DNA of 64,000 nt. It comes from Lama glama (Eukaryota). The position numbers and the translations under genes are program-made. The stretch is from NCBI GenBank assembly GCA_028534125.1, contig CM052840.1, forward strand, positions 29,326,001-29,390,000, given 5' to 3'. Positions 59,927-64,000 of this stretch are shown piece after piece. Each line of letters opens with the position of its first letter. Position 1 is the stretch's first letter. A model generated the notes under the pieces. It had not been told where the DNA came from and searched no databases. It saw only the letters and a program-made list of their open reading frames with translations.

Positions 59927-62366
59927 CAAGCCTCGAGTTTCCTGAGCTTTGCAGCATCTCCGCACCCACTTCCGCTGTGTGGGCGTCCACCCCACCCCGT
60001 CAGGGTGGAAGTGCCCGGGACTGCTCTGTCCCTGCCAGGCCTGGTGGCAGCGGCCCAGTGGCAGCCGCTGTCAGCACACACTGAGCCATGCAGGCTCACA
60101 GTGCTCAGCCCGGCAGGGCTCTGGGGGCGCTGGGCCACATCCTGGAGCCTGGTCTTCACCAGGAACGTGAAGATGGTGCTGGGCGATGGGAGTGGTCGTG
60201 CTGGCGGGGCTCCCGGTGTGGAATCCCCTGCGTAGTGGGTGCAGATGGACCGCTCCCTCCCCCACTCTGCTGTGCCCCGTCCAGCTCGCCTGCTACAGAG
60301 CATCTGTCTATGTCTGTGTCCACTGGGCACCTTTCTGCTCTGGCTTGGGGCAGGGGTTGCAGGGGGGTGCTGGCCCTGCTGGGGAGTTTTGCAGCACAGC
60401 CGAGGGGCCAGGCCCAGACAGAGAGGGGCAGCGGGGTGAGGGCTGTTGGCCTCTGGCTATGGACCCCCAAGACTACAACTGCAGAGGCCGCTCAGTTACC
60501 CACAGTCGAGAACTGGGGGCCTGGCCAGCCTTTCTGTTTTGCCTCGAATCGCTTATTATAACTTTCATTTCTCTTTTGCAGCAAATTTCCCTTCCTAATA
60601 TGGTTTTGTTTATCCCACTATTAAAGTGGGATTACATAGGAATTTATCCTAAGTTAAGTGATCATCAATGTGTACAGAGATCTAGCTGCAGGAATGTTCT
60701 CTGCCGGGCTGTTTATCACGGTGGGAAGGTTGCAAACTGTCTGAGTGGGAACAACACCGGCGGTGCTGAGGACAGCCGGTCCAGCCGGCGGTGGGGAGGG
60801 GAGCGCCTGCTGTGCCCCCAGCAGCCCCAGGGGCCGCTGACGGTCCGTTCGCCCCTGCATCGCTCATTCCACCTTCGTCCAGTCGTCCACTCACCGCACG
60901 CTAACCTAGCACCTTGCAGGCAGAGGCCTTTACGAGAGAGTGGATGAGGGTGTGATCGAGGGTAAGGGAGAAAAGTAGGGGATCCTTGGTGAGCCGGTAA
61001 GGAGGCTGGGGGAGCAGGCGGGTTCCGACAGCTCCAGGCTGGGGTCTGCAAGGTGCTGCGTGGTGGTTCTGTGGTGACCAAGACCGCAGGTCCCAACTGG
61101 CTTCTTAGCTCCCAAGAGCAAGGTGTGTTAGGACGGGCTGGGACAGGAGTCCCGAGGCCTGGGCGCTGACTTCTCTTGGCCTCTGTTGCCATTGGTGAAA
61201 GGGGGACATTGATAACGTGTCTGACCTACGACCAGCAAGTCCTCGCAGGGGTCAAGGGAGGCAGGGGGACGTCCCCCCTCGCCTGCGCAGGGAGGGCACC
61301 GGGTTTAGCTCTTCCAGATGCTGAGCTCCTCTCTGCTCCAGTGGTGCCCTGAGGCGTGCTGGTGTCTTTCTGCTCCTCCCCACTGTCCTGCTCTGCCACT
61401 CCCCGTGTCATCTCGTCTTTTCCCTTCAGATGAGGCAGGCGCCGTGAGCCCAGCAGCCCAGACCAGGCCGCCGGAACCCACTGTCAACGTGGGAGTGTCC
61501 ACAGATGGGCCCTCCCCTCGGAAGGCAATCGTCAGACTTTGTTTGGAGCCCTGTCTGAGTGTTTACTTGCGTTGGTCGAGAGCAGATTGAATTACACGTG
61601 TACAGGGCTTGTCCCCCAGGAATTTTCTATCTCGGCCAGACACCCTGACTGATCCAGAGGACGGACAGACAGAGGACATCCAGCCAAGACAGGCCTCGGG
61701 GGCTGGCCCAGAATGTGGCTGCTGTCCCCAGAGAGTTTTCTGTTTGCTTTCTGATGAGAGTGTGTGTGTGTGTGTGCACGTGTCCGTGACCTGTGCCACG
61801 TTCACACTCTTTCCAGGGGAGGGAGGAAGGGAGGGGAACAAGGCAAACCATGGAAGAGGGCACGTGACCTGGGTAGGCGGCCTGCAGCCCGGCCCTGCCT
61901 GTCTCTGGACCCGCTCTTGCTGGCACAGAGCCTCCCATGGGGCTTCAGTCCCCCCCACCCCCGTCTCTCACTCACACCCCCGTGCCGTCTTGCCCTCAGG
62001 ACCCTCTGTAATGATGGAGGGAGGCCCACACTGTCTCCTGCTCCAGACCAGCCGCTGTCCTCTGTGGTTGTCCCCAGACGTGGCTGCCCTGGGCGTGGCC
62101 ACCCTTGGTGTGGCCACAAGGAAGCCCAGACCAGCTTAGCGGGGAGTCGCCAGCTGGCCCGGGCAGCTATGGGGCTTTGCACAGCCTGCGCCGACTCTGA
62201 AAAGCCCCTGCCCACTCTGCCCCTCGGGGTGAGGGAAGGCCTGTCCACAGCCCTCCAGCTGCCCTGAACCAGCCCTCCCTCGGGCCCCCCCCCCCGGGCC
62301 CTAGACAGCCTGGTCTCGCCCAGCCCTCAGCAGGCTCCGTCCAGGAGAGCCTAAGAGAAGCCACGA

Positions 62367-62600
62367 TAGCACAGCCGTTAGGAGAGTGGACTTGGGCCAG
62401 ATCCACTGGGTTCAAGTTCTGGTGTCTGCTCTTTCAAGCTGCGTAACCCAGGCAAGTTCTTTAAGCTGAGACATCGCTTCTTCATTTGTAACATGAGAAT
62501 AAAGTGACTACCTCCCAGGGTTCTGGTGGCGATCAGCTGCGCTAGTATGTGAAGCATATGTAGAACAGAGCCTGGCACCCGATGAAAGCTCTGGGTACTG
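62367..62600 (+). mobile_element. MIR SINE, near full length
   Basis: ctgggttcaagttctgg...gtaacccaggcaagttctttaagct...ttcttcatttgtaacatgagaataa...cagagcctggcac. Confidence 0.8.
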
Positions 62601-62879
62601 TGTCCCACACTGTGGAGTTCTGTTTCTAAGTGTGGAGGACTGGGCTGGGCTCAGGGAGGAACAGGAGGTGTCCTCGGCCTCAGGGGCTCACCATCTGGTA
62701 AAGAAGCTAGGACATGCACATTCTATAATCTAAGGTGGCAAGCATTCAGTCCCTGAGAGTCAGGGGAGTTTCAAGGATGGGACATGACTTCCCTGGAGAA
62801 ATCCAGGAAGGCTCCATGAAGGAGGCGGCATGAGAAATGGACATCGCAGGCTGATGGGTATGGGCCACACAGGCATCGG

Positions 62880-64000
62880 GAGATCATTGCAAAGTCACGT
62901 GCAGTTGTAAGAACTCACTCACAGGGATCCCGTGTTCTCTTAACCCAGTTTCCCGCAGTGGTAGCATCTTGCAGAACCATGCAGTCCTGTAGTGGGATGT
63001 CACAGCCAGACACTGACATCACTGCAGCCATGATGCAGAACAAGCTGCACCTCCTGTAGTCATCTCTCTCCTCAACACTGGCAACCTCTGACCTCTGCAT
63101 TTGGTTTTCTTCCTGTTTTCAATTTTATTGATTTCTGTTCTTATCTTCATTGTGTTCTTCCTTCTGCTTGTTTCGGGTTTATTTCTCTCTTCTTTTTATA
63201 AGTTCTTAAGGTGGAGGCCTGGCTGATTGACTTGAGACCTTTTCTCTTTTCTGATGTATGCTTCGTGCTATGAATTTTCCTCTCAGCACTGCTTTAGCTG
63301 CGTTCCACAATTTTGATATGCTGTATTTTCATTTTTACTTAGTTCAATTTATTTTTTCATTTTCCTTGAGTTCCTTTTTGACTTTAAGATTATTTACAAG
63401 AGTGTTGCTTAGTGTCCAGTGTTTGTAGAGCTTTCTAATATCTTTCTGTTGCGGACTTCTAGTTTGATTTCACTGAAGTCAGATAACACACTCTATGTAG
63501 TTTCTATTTTTTTAATTTGTTAATGTGTGTTTTATGGCTCCGAATGTGGTCTGTGGCACGTGTTCCATGAGCCCTTGAAAGCAGTGTGTGCTCTGCTGCT
63601 GTAGATGGGGTGTCTGTCAGTGCTGAGTGGACCCTGTTGGCTAATGACGTGGTCGAGCTCCGCCCTTGTTGGTTTTCTGTCTAGTGACTCTGCCGGTTGT
63701 TGAGAGAGGAGTGTTGAGGTTTCCAACTCTAATTATGGATTTGCCTTATTTCTTCTTTCAGTTGTGTCAGTCTTTGCTCTATGCATTTTTCAGCTCCATT
63801 GTTCGGTGCACATACAACTTGGATTGCTGTCTGCTTGGTGGATGGATACTTTTATCATTATAGAATATCCCTTTCTAGCTCTAGCAATTTTCTTTGCTCC
63901 AAAGTCTACTTTATTTGATATAACTGTAGTCATTCCTGCTTTCCTTTGGTCAATTTTATATGACAACGCTTTTTCCATTCTTTTACTTTTCTTTTAATGG
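62880..64000 (-). mobile_element. L1 relic: 3' piece plus ORF2 endonuclease region, runs off the window
   Basis: ORF 63790-63978 (RKAGMTTVISNKVDF...KGYSIMIKVSIHQ) resembles L1 EN KKAGVAILISDK...EGHYIMIKGSIHQ; frame is broken. Confidence 0.88.

Noticed and set aside
60636-60740. Conserved-looking element with a TEAD motif at 60691
   Set aside because: The sequence resembles an L1M 3' remnant (aggaatttatcctaag...).
63532-63978. Short ORFs (also 26717-26932 and 27575-27853) as host genes
   Set aside because: Fragments of degenerate L1 ORF1/ORF2.

Overview
Mammalian genomic DNA, very GC-rich; a tRNA-Ala-derived Vic-1-type SINE suggests a camelid. Positions 1-16 kb hold the 5' part of CSRP1 on the minus strand: a CpG-island promoter, non-coding exon 1, coding exons 2 and 3, and the start of exon 4, plus an intronic CArG/SRF cluster. 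A second CpG island at about 36.3-37.1 kb with plus-strand splice donors is most likely the distal NAV1 promoter, by synteny only. The rest is old interspersed repeats (L1, L2, MIR, MLT1/MLT2, an ERV1 solo LTR, MER5A, MER45A), many visibly shifted toward GC. The most unusual signal is a series of about 25 minus-strand exon-like blocks from about 59.9 kb down to 20.5 kb. They have splice acceptors/donors, often compatible phases, protein-like frames, several in-frame stops, and a near-perfect RFX X-box just upstream of an ATG. This looks like an unrecognised multi-exon gene or unitary pseudogene overlapping the putative NAV1 promoter and lying in tandem upstream of CSRP1. Repeat family names come from recalled consensus sequences, and repeat boundaries are approximate.
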